Below, piece after piece: positions 34,301-49,300 of a DNA stretch of 64,000 nucleotides (position 1 is its first letter; every line of letters begins with the position of its first letter). The DNA comes from Eledone cirrhosa. Lineage: Eukaryota. Below the pieces are notes generated by a model that was given only the letters and a program-made list of their open reading frames with translations, did not search any database and had not been told where the DNA came from. The translations under genes and the position numbers were made by a program. The DNA lies in NCBI GenBank assembly GCA_964016885.1, contig OZ024741.1, forward strand, positions 413,354,001 through 413,418,000, read 5' to 3'.

Positions 34301-37300
34301 CTACACTGGACCTATCCCACACAACCTTACTCTAGGGTCCTTCCTCCAATAAATGAAGACCCCCTACACTGGACCTATCCCACACAACCTTACTCTAGGG
34401 TCCTCCTCAAATAAATGAAGGCGTCCTTCCTCCAATAAATGAAGGCCCCCTACACTGGACCTATCCCACACAACCTTACTCTAGGGTCCTTCCTCCAATA
34501 AATGAAGGCCCCCTACACTGGACCTATCCCACACAACCTTACTCTAGGGTCCTTCCTCCAATAAATGACTGCCCCCTGCACTGGACCTATCCCACACAAC
34601 CTTACTCGATGGCATTTCCTCCAATAAATGAAGACCCCCTACACTGGACCTATCCCACACAACCTTACTCCAGGGTCCTTCCTCCAATAAATGACTGCCC
34701 CCTACACTGGACCTATCCCACACAACCTTACTCTATGGCATTTCCTCCAATAAATGAAGACCCCCTACACTGGACCTATCCCACACAACCTTACTCTAGG
34801 GTCCTTCCTCCAATAAATGAAGACCTCCTACACTGGACCTATCCCACACAACCTTACTCTAGGGTCCTTCCTCCAATAAATGAAGACCCCCTACACTGGA
34901 CCTATCCCACACAACCTTACTCTAGGGTCCTTCCTCCAATAAATGAAGACCTCCTACACTGGACCTATCCCACACAACCTTACTCTAGGGTCCTTCCTCC
35001 AATAAATGACGGCCCCCTACACTGGACCTATCCCACACAACCTTACTCTAGGGTCCCTCCTCCAATAAATGAAGACCCCCTACACTGGACCTATCCCACA
35101 CAACCTTACTCTAGGGTCCTTCCTCCAATAAATGAAGGCCCCCTACACTGGACCTATCCCACACAACCTTACTCTAGGGTCCCTCCTCCAATAAATGAAG
35201 ACGTCCTTCCTCCAATAAATGAAGGCCCCCTACACTGGACCTATCCCACACAACCTTACTCTAGGGTCCTTCCTCCAATAAATGAAGGCCCCCTACACTG
35301 GACCTATCCCACACAACCTTACTCTAGGGTCCTTCCTCCAATAAATGAAGGCCCCCTACACTGGACCTATCCCACACAACCTTACTCTAGGGTCCTCCTC
35401 CAATAAATGAAGGCGTCCTTCCTCCAATAAATGAAGGCGTCCTTCCTCCAATAAATGAAGGCCCCCTACACTGGACCTATCCCACACAACCTTACTCTAG
35501 GGTCCTTCCTCCAATAAATGAAGGCCCCCTACACTGGACCTATCCCACACAACCTTACTCTAGGGTCCTTCCTCCAATAAATGAAGGTCCCCTACACTGG
35601 ACCTATCCCACACAACCTTACTCTAGGGTCCTTCCTCCAATAAATGACTGCCCCCTACACTGGACCTATCCCACACAACCTTACTCTATGGCATTTCCTC
35701 CAATAAATGAAGACCCCCTACACTGGACCTCTCCCACACAACGTTACTCTAGGGTCCTTCCTCCAATAAATGAAGGCCCCACTACACTGGACCTATCCCA
35801 CACAACCTTACTCTAGGGTCCTTCCTCCAATAAATGAAGGCCCCCTACACTGGACCTATCCCACACAACCTTACTCTAGGGTCCTTCCTCCAGTAAATGA
35901 AGGCCCCCCTACACTGGACCTATCCCACACAACCTTACTCTAGGGTCCTTCCTCCAATAAATGAAGGCCCCCTACACAGGACCTATCCCACACAACTTTA
36001 CTCTAGCGTCCTTCCTCCAATAAATGAAGGCCCCCTACACTGGACCTATCCCACACAACCTTACTCTATAGTCCTTCCTCCAATAAATGAAGGCCCCCTA
36101 CATTGGACCTATCCCACACAACCTTACTCTAGGGTCCTTCCTCCTAAATGAAGACCCCCTACACTGGACCTATCCCACACAACTTTACTCTAGCACCCTT
36201 CCTCCAATAAATGAAGGCCCCCTACACTGGACCTATCCCACACAACCTTACTCTAGGGTCCTTCCTTCCTCCAATAAATGAAGGCCCCCTACACAGGACC
36301 TATCCCACACAACCTTACTCTAGGGTCCTTCCTCCAATAAATGAAGGCCCCCTACACTGGACCTATCCCACACAACCTTCCTCTAGGGTCCCTCCTCCAA
36401 TAAATGAAGGCCCCCATACACTGGACCTATCCCACACAACTTTACTCTAGGGTCCTTCCTCCAATAAATGAAGGCCCCCCCCTACACTGGACCTATCCCA
36501 CACAACCTTACTCTAGGGTCCTTCCTCCAATAAATGAAGGCCCCCTACACTGGACCTATCCCACACAACCTTACTCTAGGGTCCTTCCTCCAATAAATGA
36601 AGGCCCCCTACACTGGACCTATCCCACACAACCTTACTCTAGGGTCCTTCCTCCAATAAATGAAGGCCCCCTACACTGGACCTATCCCACACAACCTTAC
36701 TCAGGGTCCCTCCTCCTAAATGAAGGCCCCCTACACTGGACCTATCCCATACAACTTTACTCTAGGGTCCTTCCTCCAATAAATGAAGGCCCCCTACACT
36801 GGACCTATCCCACACAACCTTACTCTAGGGTCCTTCCTCCAATAAATGAAGGCCCCCTACACTGGACCTATCCCACACAACCTTACTCTAGGGTCCCTCC
36901 TCCAATAAATGAAGGCCCCCTACACTGGACCTATCCCACACGACCTTACTCTAGGGTCCTTCCTCCAATAAATGAAGACCTCCTACACTGGACCTATCCC
37001 ACACAACCTTGCTCTAGGGTCCTTCCTCCAATAAATGAAGACCTCCTACACTGGACCTATCCCACACAACCTTACTCTAGGGTCCTTCCTCCAATAAATG
37101 AAGACCTCCTACACTGGACCTATCCCACACAACCTTACTCTAGGGTCCTTCCTCCAATAAATGAAGACCCCCTACACTGGACCTATCCCACACAACCTTA
37201 CTCTAGGGTCCTTCCTCCTAAATGAAGACCCCGTACACTGGACCTATCCCACACAACTTTACTCTAGCACCCTTCCTCCAATAAATGAAGGCCCCCTACA

Positions 37301-40300
37301 CTGGACCTATCCCACACAACCTTACTCTAGGGTCCTTCCTTCCTCCAATAAATGAAGGCCCCCTACACAGGACCTATCCCACACAACCTTACTCTAGGGT
37401 CCTTCCTCCAATAAATGACTGCCCCCTGCACTGGACCTATCCCACACAACCTTACTCGATGGCATTTCCTCCAATAAATGAAGACCCCCTACACTGGACC
37501 TATCCCACACAACCTTACTCCAGGGTCCTTCCTCCAATAAATGACTGCCCCCTACACTGGACCTATCCCACACAACCTTACTCTATGGCATTTCCTCCAA
37601 TAAATGAAGACCCCCTACACTGGACCTATCCCACACAACCTTACTCTAGGGTCCTTCCTCCAATAAATGAAGGTCCCCTACACTGGACCTATCCCACACA
37701 ACCTTACTCTAGGGTCCTTCCTCCAATAAATGACTGCCCCCTACACTGGACCTATCCCACACAACCTTACTCTATGGCATTTGCTCCAATAAATGAAGGC
37801 CCCACTACACTGGACCTATCCCACACAACCTTACTCTAGGGTCCTTCCTCCAATAAATGAAGGCCCCCTACACTGGACCTATCCCACACAACCTTACTCT
37901 AGGGTCCTTCCTCCAGTAAATGAAGGCCCCCCTACACTGGACCTATCCCACACAACCTTACTCTAGGGTCCTTCCTCCAATAAATGAAGGCCCCCTACAC
38001 AGGACCTATCCCACACAACTTTACTCTAGCGTCCTTCCTCCAATAAATGAAGGCCCCCTACACTGGACCTATCCCACACAACCTTACTCTATGGTCCTTC
38101 CTCCAATAAATGAAGGCCCCCTACATTGGACCTATCCCACACAACCTTACTCTAGGGTCCTTCCTCCTAAATGAAGACCCCCTACACTGGACCTATCCCA
38201 CACAACTTTACTCTAGCACCCTTCCTCCAATAAATGAAGGCCCCCTACACAGGACCTATCCCACACAACCTTACTCTAGGGTCCTTTCTCCAATAAATGA
38301 CTGCCCCCTGCACTGGACCTATCCCACACAACCTTACTCGATGGCATTTCCTCTAATAAATGAAGACCCCCTACACTGGACCTATCCCACACAACCTTAC
38401 TCCAGGGTCCTTCCTCCAATAAATGACTGCCCCCTACACTGGACCTATCCCACACAACCTTACTCTATGGCATTTCCTCCAATAAATGAAGACCCCCTAC
38501 ACTGGACCTATCCCACACAACCTTGCTCTAGAGTCCTTCCTCCAATAAATGAAGACCTCCTACACTGGACCTATCCCACACAACCTTACTCTAGGGTCCT
38601 TCCTCCAATAAATGAAGACCCCCTACACTGGACCTATCCCACACGACCTTACTCTAGGGTCCTTCCTCCAATAAATGAAGACCTCCTACACTGGACCTAT
38701 CCCACACAACCTTACTCTAGGGTCCTTCCTCCAATAAATGAAGGCCCCCTACACTGGACCTATCCCACACAACCTTACTCTAGGGTCCCTCCTCCAATAA
38801 ATGAAGACCCCCTACACTGGACCTATCCCACACAACCTTACTCTAGGGTCCTTCCTCCAATAAATGAAGACCCCCTACACTGGACCTATCCCACACAACC
38901 TTACTCTAGGGTCCTTCCTCCAATAAATGAAGGCCCCCTACACTGGACCTATCCCACACAACCTTACTCTAGGGTCCCTCCTCCAATAAATGAAGACGTC
39001 CTTCCTCCAATAAATGAAGGCCCCCTACACTGGACCTATCCCACACAACCTTACTCTAGGGTCCTTCCTCCAATAAATGAAGGCCCCCTACACTGGACCT
39101 ATCCCACACAACCTTACTCTAGGGTCCTTCCTCCAATAAATGAAGGCCCCCTACACTGGACCTATCCCACACAACCTTACTCTAGGGTCCTCCTCCAATA
39201 AATGAAGGCGTCCTTCCTCCAATAAATGAAGGCGTCCTTCCTCCAATAAATGAAGGCGTCCTTCCTCCAATAAATGAAGGCCCCCTACACTGGACCTATC
39301 CCACACAACCTTACTCTAGGGTCCTTCCTCCAATAAATGAAGGTCCCCTACACTGGACCTATCCCACTCAACCTTACTCCAGGGTCCTTCCTCCAATAAA
39401 TGACTGCCCCCTACACTGGACCTATCCCACACAACCTTACTCTATGGCATTTCCTCCAATAAATGAAGACCCCCTACACTGGACCTATCCCACACAACCT
39501 TACTCTAGGGTCCTTCCAATAAATGAAGGTCCCCTACACTGGACCTATCCCACACAACCTTACTCTAGGGTCCTTCCTCCAATAAATGACTGCCCCCTAC
39601 ACTGGACCTATCCCACACAACCTTACTCTATGGCATTTCCTCCAATAAATGAAGACACCCTACACTGGACCTATCCCACACAACGTTACTCTAGGGTCCT
39701 TCCTCCAATAAATGAAGGCCCCACTACACTGGACCTATCCCACACAACCTTACTCTAGGGTCCTTCCTCCAATAAATGAAGGCCCCCTACACTGGACCTA
39801 TCCCACACAACCTTACTCTAGGGTCCTTCCTCCAGTAAATGAAGGCCCCCCCCTACACTGGACCTATCCCACACAACCTTACTCTAGGGTCCTTCCTCCA
39901 ATAAATGAAGGCCCCCTACACAGGACCTATCCCACACAACTTTACTCTAGCGTCCTTCCTCCAATAAATGAAGGCGCCTACACTGGACCTATCCCACACA
40001 ACCTTACCCTATGGTCCTTCCTCCAATAAATGAAGGCCCCCTACATTGGACCTATCCCACACAACCTTACTCTAGGGTCCTTCCTCCTAAATGAAGACCC
40101 CCTACACTGGACCTATCCCACACAACTTTACTCTAGCACCCTTCCTCCAATAAATGAAGGCCCCCTACACTGGACCTATCCCACACAACCTTACTCTAGG
40201 GTCCTTCCTTCCTCCAATAAATGAAGGCCCCCTACACAGGACCTATCCCACACAACCTTACTCTAGTGTCCTTCCTCCAATAAATGAAGGCCCCCTACAC

Positions 40301-43300
40301 TGGACCTATCCCACACAACCTTACTCTAGGGTCCTTCCTCCAATAAATGAAGGCCCCCTACACTGGACCTATCCCACACAACCTTCCTCTAGGGTCCCTC
40401 CTCCAATAAATGAAGGCCCCCATACACTGGACCTATCCCACACAACTTTACTCTAGGGTCCTTCCTCCAATAAATGAAGGCCCCCCCCTACACTGGACCT
40501 ATCCCACACAACCTTACTCTAGGGTCCTTCCTCCAATAAATGAAGGCCCCCTACACTGGACCTATCCCACACAACCTTACTCTAGGGTCCTTCCTCCAAT
40601 AAATGAAGGCCCCCTACACTGGACCTATCCCACACAACCTTACTCTAGGGTCGTTCCTCCAATAAATGAAGGCCCCCTACACTGGACCTATCCCACACAA
40701 CCTTACTCAGGGTCCCTCCTCCTAAATGAAGGCCCCCTACACTGGACCTATCCCACACAACTTTACTCTAGGGTCCTTCCTCCAATAAATGAAGGCCCCC
40801 TACACTGGACTTATCCCACACAACCTTACTCTAGGGTCCTTCCTCCAATAAATGAAGGCCCCCTACACTGGACCTATCCCACACAACCTTACTCTAGGGT
40901 CCCTCCTCCAATAAATGAAGGCCCCCTACACTGGACCTATCCCACACAACCTTACTCTAGGGTCCTTCCTCCAATAAATGAAGGCCCCCTACACTGGACC
41001 TATCCCACACAACCTTACTCTAGGGTCCTTCCTCCAATAAATGAAGGCCCCCTACACTGGACCTATCCCACACAACCTTACTCTATGGTCCCTCCTCCTA
41101 AATGAAGGCCCCCTACACTGGACCTATCCCACACAACCTTACTCTAGGGTCCTTCCTCCAATAAATGAAGGCTCCCTACACTGGACCTATCCCACACAAC
41201 TTTACTCTAGGGTCCTTCCTCCAATAAATGAAGGCCCCCTACACTGGACTTATCCCACATAACCTTACTCTAGGGTCCCTCCTCCAATAAATGAAGGCCC
41301 CTCCCTACACTGGACCTATCCCACACAACCTTACTCTAGGATCCTTCCTCCAATAAATGAAGGCCCCCTACACTGGACATATCCCACACAACCTTACTCT
41401 AGGGTCCTTCCTCCAATAAATGAAGACCCCCTACACTGCACCTATCCCACACAACCTTACACTAGGGACCTTCCTCCAACAAGTGAAGGCCCCCCTACAC
41501 TGGACCTATCCCACACAACCTTACTCTAGGGTCCCTACTCCAATAAGTGAAGGCCCCCCCTACACTGGACCTATCCCACACAACCTTACTCTAGGGTCCC
41601 TCCTACAATAAATGAAGGCCCCCCTACACTGGACCTATCCCACACAACCTTACTCTAGGGTCCTTCCTCCAATAAATGAAGGTCCCCTACACTGGACCTA
41701 TCCCACACAACCTTACTCTAGGGTCCTTCCTCCAATAAATGACTGCCCCCTGCACTGGACCTATCCCACACAACCTTACTCGATGGCATTTCCTCCAATA
41801 AATGAAGACCCCCTACACTGGACCTATCCCACACAACCTTACTCTAGGGTCCTTCCTCCAATAAATGAAGGCCCCCTACACTGGACATATCCCACACAAC
41901 CTTACTCTAGGGTCCTTCCTCCAATAAATGAAGACCCCCTACACTGGACATATCCCACACAACCTTACTCTAGGGTCCTTCCTCCAATAAATGAAGACCC
42001 CCTACACTGCACCTATCCCACACAACCTTACTCTAGGGTCCCTACTCCAATAATTGAAGGCCCCCCCCTACACTGGACCTATCCCACACAACCTTACTCT
42101 AGGGTCCCTCCTACAATAAATGAAGGCCCCCCTACACTGGACCTATCCCACACAACCTTACTCTAGGGTCCCTCCTCCAATAAATGAAGGCCCCCTACAC
42201 TGGACCTATCCCACACAACCTTACTCTAGGGTCCCTCCTCCAATAAATGAAGGCCCCCTACACTGGACATATCCCACACAACCTTACTCTAGGGTCCTTC
42301 CTCCAATAAATGAAGACCCCCTACACTGGACCTATCCCACACAACCTTACTCTAGGGTCCTTCCTCCAATAAATGAAGACCCCCTACACTGCACCTATCC
42401 CACACAACCTTACTCTAGGGACCTTCCTCCAACAAGTGAAGGCCCCCCTACACTGGACCTATCCCACACAACCTTACTCTAGGGTCCCTACTCCAATAAT
42501 TGAAGGCCCCCCCCCTACACTGGACCTATCCCACACAACCTTACTCTAGGGTTCCTCCTACAATAAATGAAGGCCCCCCTACACTGGACCTATCCCACAC
42601 AACCTTACTCTAGGGTCCTTCCTCCAATAAATGACTGCCCCCTGCAGTGGACCTATCCCACACAACCTTACTCGATGGCATTTCCTCCAATAAATGAAGA
42701 CCCCCTACACTGGACATATCCCACACAACCTTACTCTAGGGTCCTTCCTCCAATAAATGAAGGTCCCCTACACTGGACCTATCCCACACAACCTTACTCC
42801 AGGGTCCTTCCTCCAATAAATGACTGCCCCCTACACTGGACCTATCCCACACAACCTTACTCTATGGCATTTCCTCCAATAAATGAAGACCCCCTACACT
42901 GGACCTATCCCACACAACCTTACTCTAGGGTCCTTCCTCCAATAAATGAAGACCTCCTACACTGGACCTATCCCACACAACGTTACTCTAGGGTCCTTCC
43001 TCCAATAAATGAAGGCCCCACTACACTGGACCTATCCCACACAACCTTACTCTAGGGTCCTTCCTCCAATAAATGAAGACCCCCTACACTGGACCTATCC
43101 CACACAACCTTACTCTAGGGTCCTCCTCCAATAAATGAAGGCGTCCTTCCTCCAATAAATGAAGGCCCCCTACACTGGACCTATCCCACACAACCTTACT
43201 CTAGGGTCCTTCCTCCAATAAATGAAGGCCCCCTACACTGGACCTATCCCACACAACCTTACTCTAGGGTCCTTCCTCCAATAAATGACTGCCCCCTGCA

Positions 43301-46300
43301 CTGGACCTATCCCACACAACCTTACTCGATGGCATTTCCTCCAATAAATGAAGACCCCCTACACTGGACCTATCCCACACAACCTTACTCCAGGGTCCTT
43401 CCTCCAATAAATGACTGCCCCCTACACTGGACCTATCCCACACAACCTTACTCTATGGCATTTCCTCCAATAAATGAAGACCCCCTACACTGGACCTATC
43501 CCACACAACCTTACTCTAGGGTCCTTCCTCCAATAAATGAAGACCTCCTACACTGGACCTATCCCACACAACCTTACTCTAGGGTCCTTCCTCCAATAAA
43601 TGAAGACCCCCTACACTGGACCTATCCCACACAACCTTACTCTAGGGTCCTTCCTCCAATAAATGAAGACCTCCTACACTGGACCTATCCCACACAACCT
43701 TACTCTAGGGTCCTTCCTCCAATAAATGACGGCCCCCTACACTGGACCTATCCCACACAACCTTACTCTAGGGTCCCTCCTCCAATAAATGAAGACCCCC
43801 TACACTGGACCTATCCCACACAACCTTACTCTAGGGTCCCTCCTCCAATAAATGAAGACGTCCTTCCTCCAATAAATGAAGGCCCCCTACACTGGACCTA
43901 TCCCACACAACCTTACTCTAGGGTCCTTCCTCCAATAAATGAAGGCCCCCTACACTGGACCTATCCCACACAACCTTACTCTAGGGTCCTTCCTCCAATA
44001 AATGAAGGCCCCCTACACTGGACCTATCCCACACAACCTTACTCTAGGGTCCTCCTCCAATAAATGAAGGCGTCCTTCCTCCAATAAATGAAGGCGTCCT
44101 TCCTCCAATAAATGAAGGCCCCCTACACTGGACCTATCCCACACAACCTTACTCTAGGGTCCTTCCTCCAATAAATGAAGGCCCCCTACACTGGACCTAT
44201 CCCACACAACCTTACTCTAGGGTCCTTCCTCCAATAAATGAAGGTCCCCTACACTGGACCTATCCCACACAACCTTACTCCAGGGTCCTTCCTCCAATAA
44301 ATGACTGCCCCCTACACTGGACCTATCCCACACAACCTTACTCTTTGGCATTTCCTCCAATAAATGAAGACCCCCTACACTGGACCTATCCCACACAACC
44401 TTACTCTAGGGTCCTTCCTCCAATAAATGAAGGTCCCCTACACTGGACCTATCCCACACAACCTTACTCTAGGGTCCTTCCTCCAATAAATGACTGCCCC
44501 CTACACTGGACCTATCCCACACAACCTTACTCTATGGCATTTCCTCCAATAAATGAAGACCCCCTACACTGGACCTCTCCCACACAACGTTACTCTAGGG
44601 TCCTTCCTCCAATAAATGAAGGCCCCACTACACTGGACCTATCCCACACAACCTTACTCTAGGGTCCTTCCTCCAATAAATGAAGGCCCCCTACACTGGA
44701 CCTATCCCACACAACCTTACTCTAGGGTCCTTCCTCCAGTAAATGAAGGCCCCCCTACACTGGACCTATCCCACACAACCTTACTCTAGGGTCCTTCCTC
44801 CAATAAATGAAGGCCCCCTACACAGGACCTATCCCACACAACTTTACTCTAGCGTCCTTCCTCCAATAAATGAAGGCCCCCTACACTGGACCTATCCCAC
44901 ACAACCTTACTCTATAGTCCTTCCTCCAATAAATGAAGGCCCCCTACATTGGACCTATCCCACACAACCTTACTCTAGGGTCCTTCCTCCTAAATGAAGA
45001 CCCCCTACACTGGACCTATCCCACACAACTTTACTCTAGCACCCTTCCTCCAATAAATGAAGGCCCCCTACACTGGACCTATCCCACACAACCTTACTCT
45101 AGGGTCCTTCCTTCCTCCAATAAATGAAGGCCCCCTACACAGGACCTATCCCACACAACCTTACTCTAGGGTCCTTCCTCCAATAAATGAAGGCCCCCTA
45201 CACTGGACCTATCCCACACAACCTTCCTCTAGGGTCCCTCCTCCAATAAATGAAGGCCCCCATACACTGGACCTATCCCACACAACTTTACTCTAGGGTC
45301 CTTCCTCCAATAAATGAAGGCCCCCCCCCTACACTGGACCTATCCCACACAACCTTACTCTAGGGTCCTTCCTCCAATAAATGAAGGCCCCCTACACTGG
45401 ACCTATCCCACACAACCTTACTCTAGGGTCCTTCCTCCAATAAATGAAGGCCCCCTACACTGGACCTATCCCACACAACCTTACTCTAGGGTCCTTCCTC
45501 CAATAAATGAAGGCCCCCTACACTGAACCTATCCCACACAACCTTACTCAGGGTCCCTCCTCCTAAATGAAGGCCCCCTACACTGGACCTATCCCATACA
45601 ACTTTACTCTAGGGTCCTTCCTCCAATAAATGAAGGCCCCCTACACTGGACCTATCCCACACAACCTTACTCTAGGGTCCTTCCTCCAATAAATGAAGGC
45701 CCCCTACACTGGACCTATCCCACACAACCTTACTCTAGGGTCCCTCCTCCAATAAATGAAGGCCCCCTACACTGGACCTATCCCACACAACCTTACTCTA
45801 GGGTCCTTCCTCCAATAAATGAAGGCCCCCTACACTGGACCTATCCCACACAACCTTACTCTAGGGTCCTTCCTCCAATAAATGAAGGCCCCCTACACTG
45901 GACCTATCCCACACAACCTTACTCTATGGTCCCTCCTCCTAAATGAAGGCCCCCTACACTGGACCTATCCCACACAACCTTACTCTAGGGTCCTTCCTCC
46001 AATAAATGAAGGCCCCCAACACTGGACCTATCCCACACAACCTTACTCTAGGGTCCCTCCTCCTACATGAAGGCCCCCTACACTGGACCTATCCCACACA
46101 ACTTTACTCTAGGGTCCTTCCTCCAATAAATGAAGGCCCCCTACACTGGACTTATCCCACATAACCTTACTCTAGGGTCCCTCCTCCAATAAATGAAGGC
46201 CCCTCCCTACACTGGACCTATCCCACACAACCTTACTCTAGGATCCTTCCTCCAATAAATGAAGGCCCCCTACACTGGACATATCCCACACAACCTTACT

Positions 46301-49300
46301 CTAGGGTCCTTCCTCCAATAAATGAAGACCCCCTACACTGCACCTATCCCACACAACCTTACACTAGGGACCTTCCTCCAACAAGTGAAGGCCCCCTACA
46401 CTGGACCTATCCCACACAACCTTACTCTAGGGTCCCTACTCCAATAAGTGAAGGCCCCCCCCCTACACTGGACCTATCCCACACAACCTTACTCTAGGGT
46501 CCCTCCTACAATAAATGAAGGCCCCCCTACACTGGACCTATCCCACACAACCTTACTCTAGGGTCCTTCCTCCAATAAATGAAGGTCCCCTACACTGGAC
46601 CTATCCCACACAACCTTACTCTAGGGTCCTTCCTCCAATAAATGACTGCCCCCTGCACTGGACCTATCCCACACAACCTTACTCGATGGCATTTCCTCCA
46701 ATAAATGAAGACCCCCTACACTGGACCTATCCCACACAACCTTACTCTAGGGTCCTTCCTCCAATAAATGAAGGCCCCCTACACTGGACATATCCCACAC
46801 AACCTTACTCTAGGGTCCTTCCTCCAATAAATGAAGACCCCCTACACTGGACATATCCCACACAACCTTACTCTAGGGTCCTTCCTCCAATAAATGAAGG
46901 CCCCCTACACTGGACCTATCCCACACAACCTTACTCTAGGGTCCCTCCTCCAATAAATGAAGGCCCCCTACACTGGACATATCCCACACAACCTTACTCT
47001 AGGGTCCTTCCTCCAATAAATGAAGACCCCCTACACTGGACCTATCCCACACAACCTTACTCTAGGGTCCTTCCTCCAATAAATGAAGACCCCCTACACT
47101 GCACCTATCCCACACAACCTTACTCTAGGGACCTTCCTCCAACAAGTGAAGGCCCCCCTACACTGGACCTATCCCACACAACCTTACTCTAGGGTCCCTA
47201 CTCCAATAATTGAAGGCCCCCCCCCCTACACTGGACCTATCCCACACAACCTTACTCTAGGGTCCCTCCTACAATAAATGAAGGCCCCCCTACACTGGAC
47301 CTATCCCACACAACCTTACTCTAGGGTCCTTCCTCCAATAAATGACTGCCCCTGCACTGGACCTATCCCACACAACCTTACTCGATGGCATTTCCTCCAA
47401 TAAAGGAAGACCCCCTACACTGGACATATCCCACACAACCTTACTCTAGGGTCCTTCCTCCAGTAAATGAAGGTCCCCTACACTGGACCTATCCCACACA
47501 ACCTTACTCCAGGGTCCTTCCTCCAATAAATGACTGCCCCCTACACTGGACCTATCCCACACAACCTTACTCTATGGCATTTCCTCCAATAAATGAAGAC
47601 CCCCTACACTGGACCTATCCCACACAACCTTACTCTAGGGTCCTTCCTCCAATAAATGAAGACCTCCTACACTGGACCTATCCCACACAACGTTACTCTG
47701 GGTCCTTCCTCCAATAAATGAAGGCCCCACTACACTGGACCTATCCCACACAACCTTACTCTAGGGTCCTTCCTCCAATAAATGAAGACCCACTACACTG
47801 GACCTATCCCACACAACCTTACTCTAGGGTCCTCCTCCAATAAATGAAGGCGTCCTTCCTCCAATAAATGAAGGCCCCCTACACTGGACCTATCCCACAC
47901 AACCTTACTCTAGGGTCCTTCCTCCAATAAATGAAGGCCCCCTACACTGGACCTATCCCACACAACCTTACTCTAGGGTCCTTCCTCCAATAAATGACTG
48001 CCCCCTGCACTGGACCTATCCCACACAACCTTACTCGATGGCATTTCCTCCAATAAATGAAGACCCCCTACACTGGACCTATCCCACACAACCTTACTCC
48101 AGGGTCCTACCTCCAATAAATGACTGCCCCCTACACTGGACCTATCCCACACAACCTTACTCTATGGCATTTCCTCCAATAAATGAAGACCCCCTACACT
48201 GGACCTATCCCACACAACCTTACTCTAGGGTCCTTCCTCCAATAAATGAAGACCTCCTACACTGGACCTATCCCACACAACCTTACTCTAGGGTCCTTCC
48301 TCCAATAAATGAAGACCCCCTACACTGGACCTATCCCACACAACCTTACTCTAGGGTCCTTCCTCCAATAAATGAAGGCCCCCTACACTGGACCTATCCC
48401 ACACAACCTTACTCTAGGGTCCTTCCTCCAGTAAATGAAGGCCCCCCCCCTACACTGGACCTATCCCACACAACCTTACTCTAGGGTCCTTCCTCCAATA
48501 AATGAAGGCCCCCTACACAGGACCTATCCCACACAACTTTACTCTAGCGTCCTTCCTCCAATAAATGAAGGCGCCTACACTGGACCTATCCCACACAACC
48601 TTACCCTATGGTCCTTCCTCCAATAAATGAAGGCCCCCTACATTGGACCTATCCCACACAACCTTACTCTAGGGTCCTTCCTCCTAAATGAAGACCCCCT
48701 ACACTGGACCTATCCCACACAACTTTACTCTAGCACCCTTCCTCCAATAAATGAAGGCCCCCTACACTGGACCTATCCCACACAACCTTACTCTAGGGTC
48801 CTTCCTTCCTCCAATAAATGAAGGCCCCCTACACAGGACCTATCCCACACAACCTTACTCTAGTGTCCTTCCTCCAATAAATGAAGGCCCCCTACACTGG
48901 ACCTATCCCACACAACCTTACTCTAGGGTCCTTCCTCCAATAAATGAAGGCCCCCTACACTGGACCTATCCCACACAACCTTCCTCTAGGGTCCCTCCTC
49001 CAATAAATGAAGGCCCCCATACACTGGACCTATCCCACACAACTTTACTCTAGGGTCCTTCCTCCAATAAATGAAGGCCCCCCCCTACACTGGACCTATC
49101 CCACACAACCTTACTCTAGGGTCCTTCCTCCAATAAATGAAGGCCCCCTACACTGGACCTATCCCACACAACCTTACTCTAGGGTCCTTCCTCCAATAAA
49201 TGAAGGCCCCCTACACTGGACCTATCCCACACAACCTTACTCTAGGGTCGTTCCTCCAATAAATGAAGGCCCCCTACACTGGACCTATCCCACACAACCT

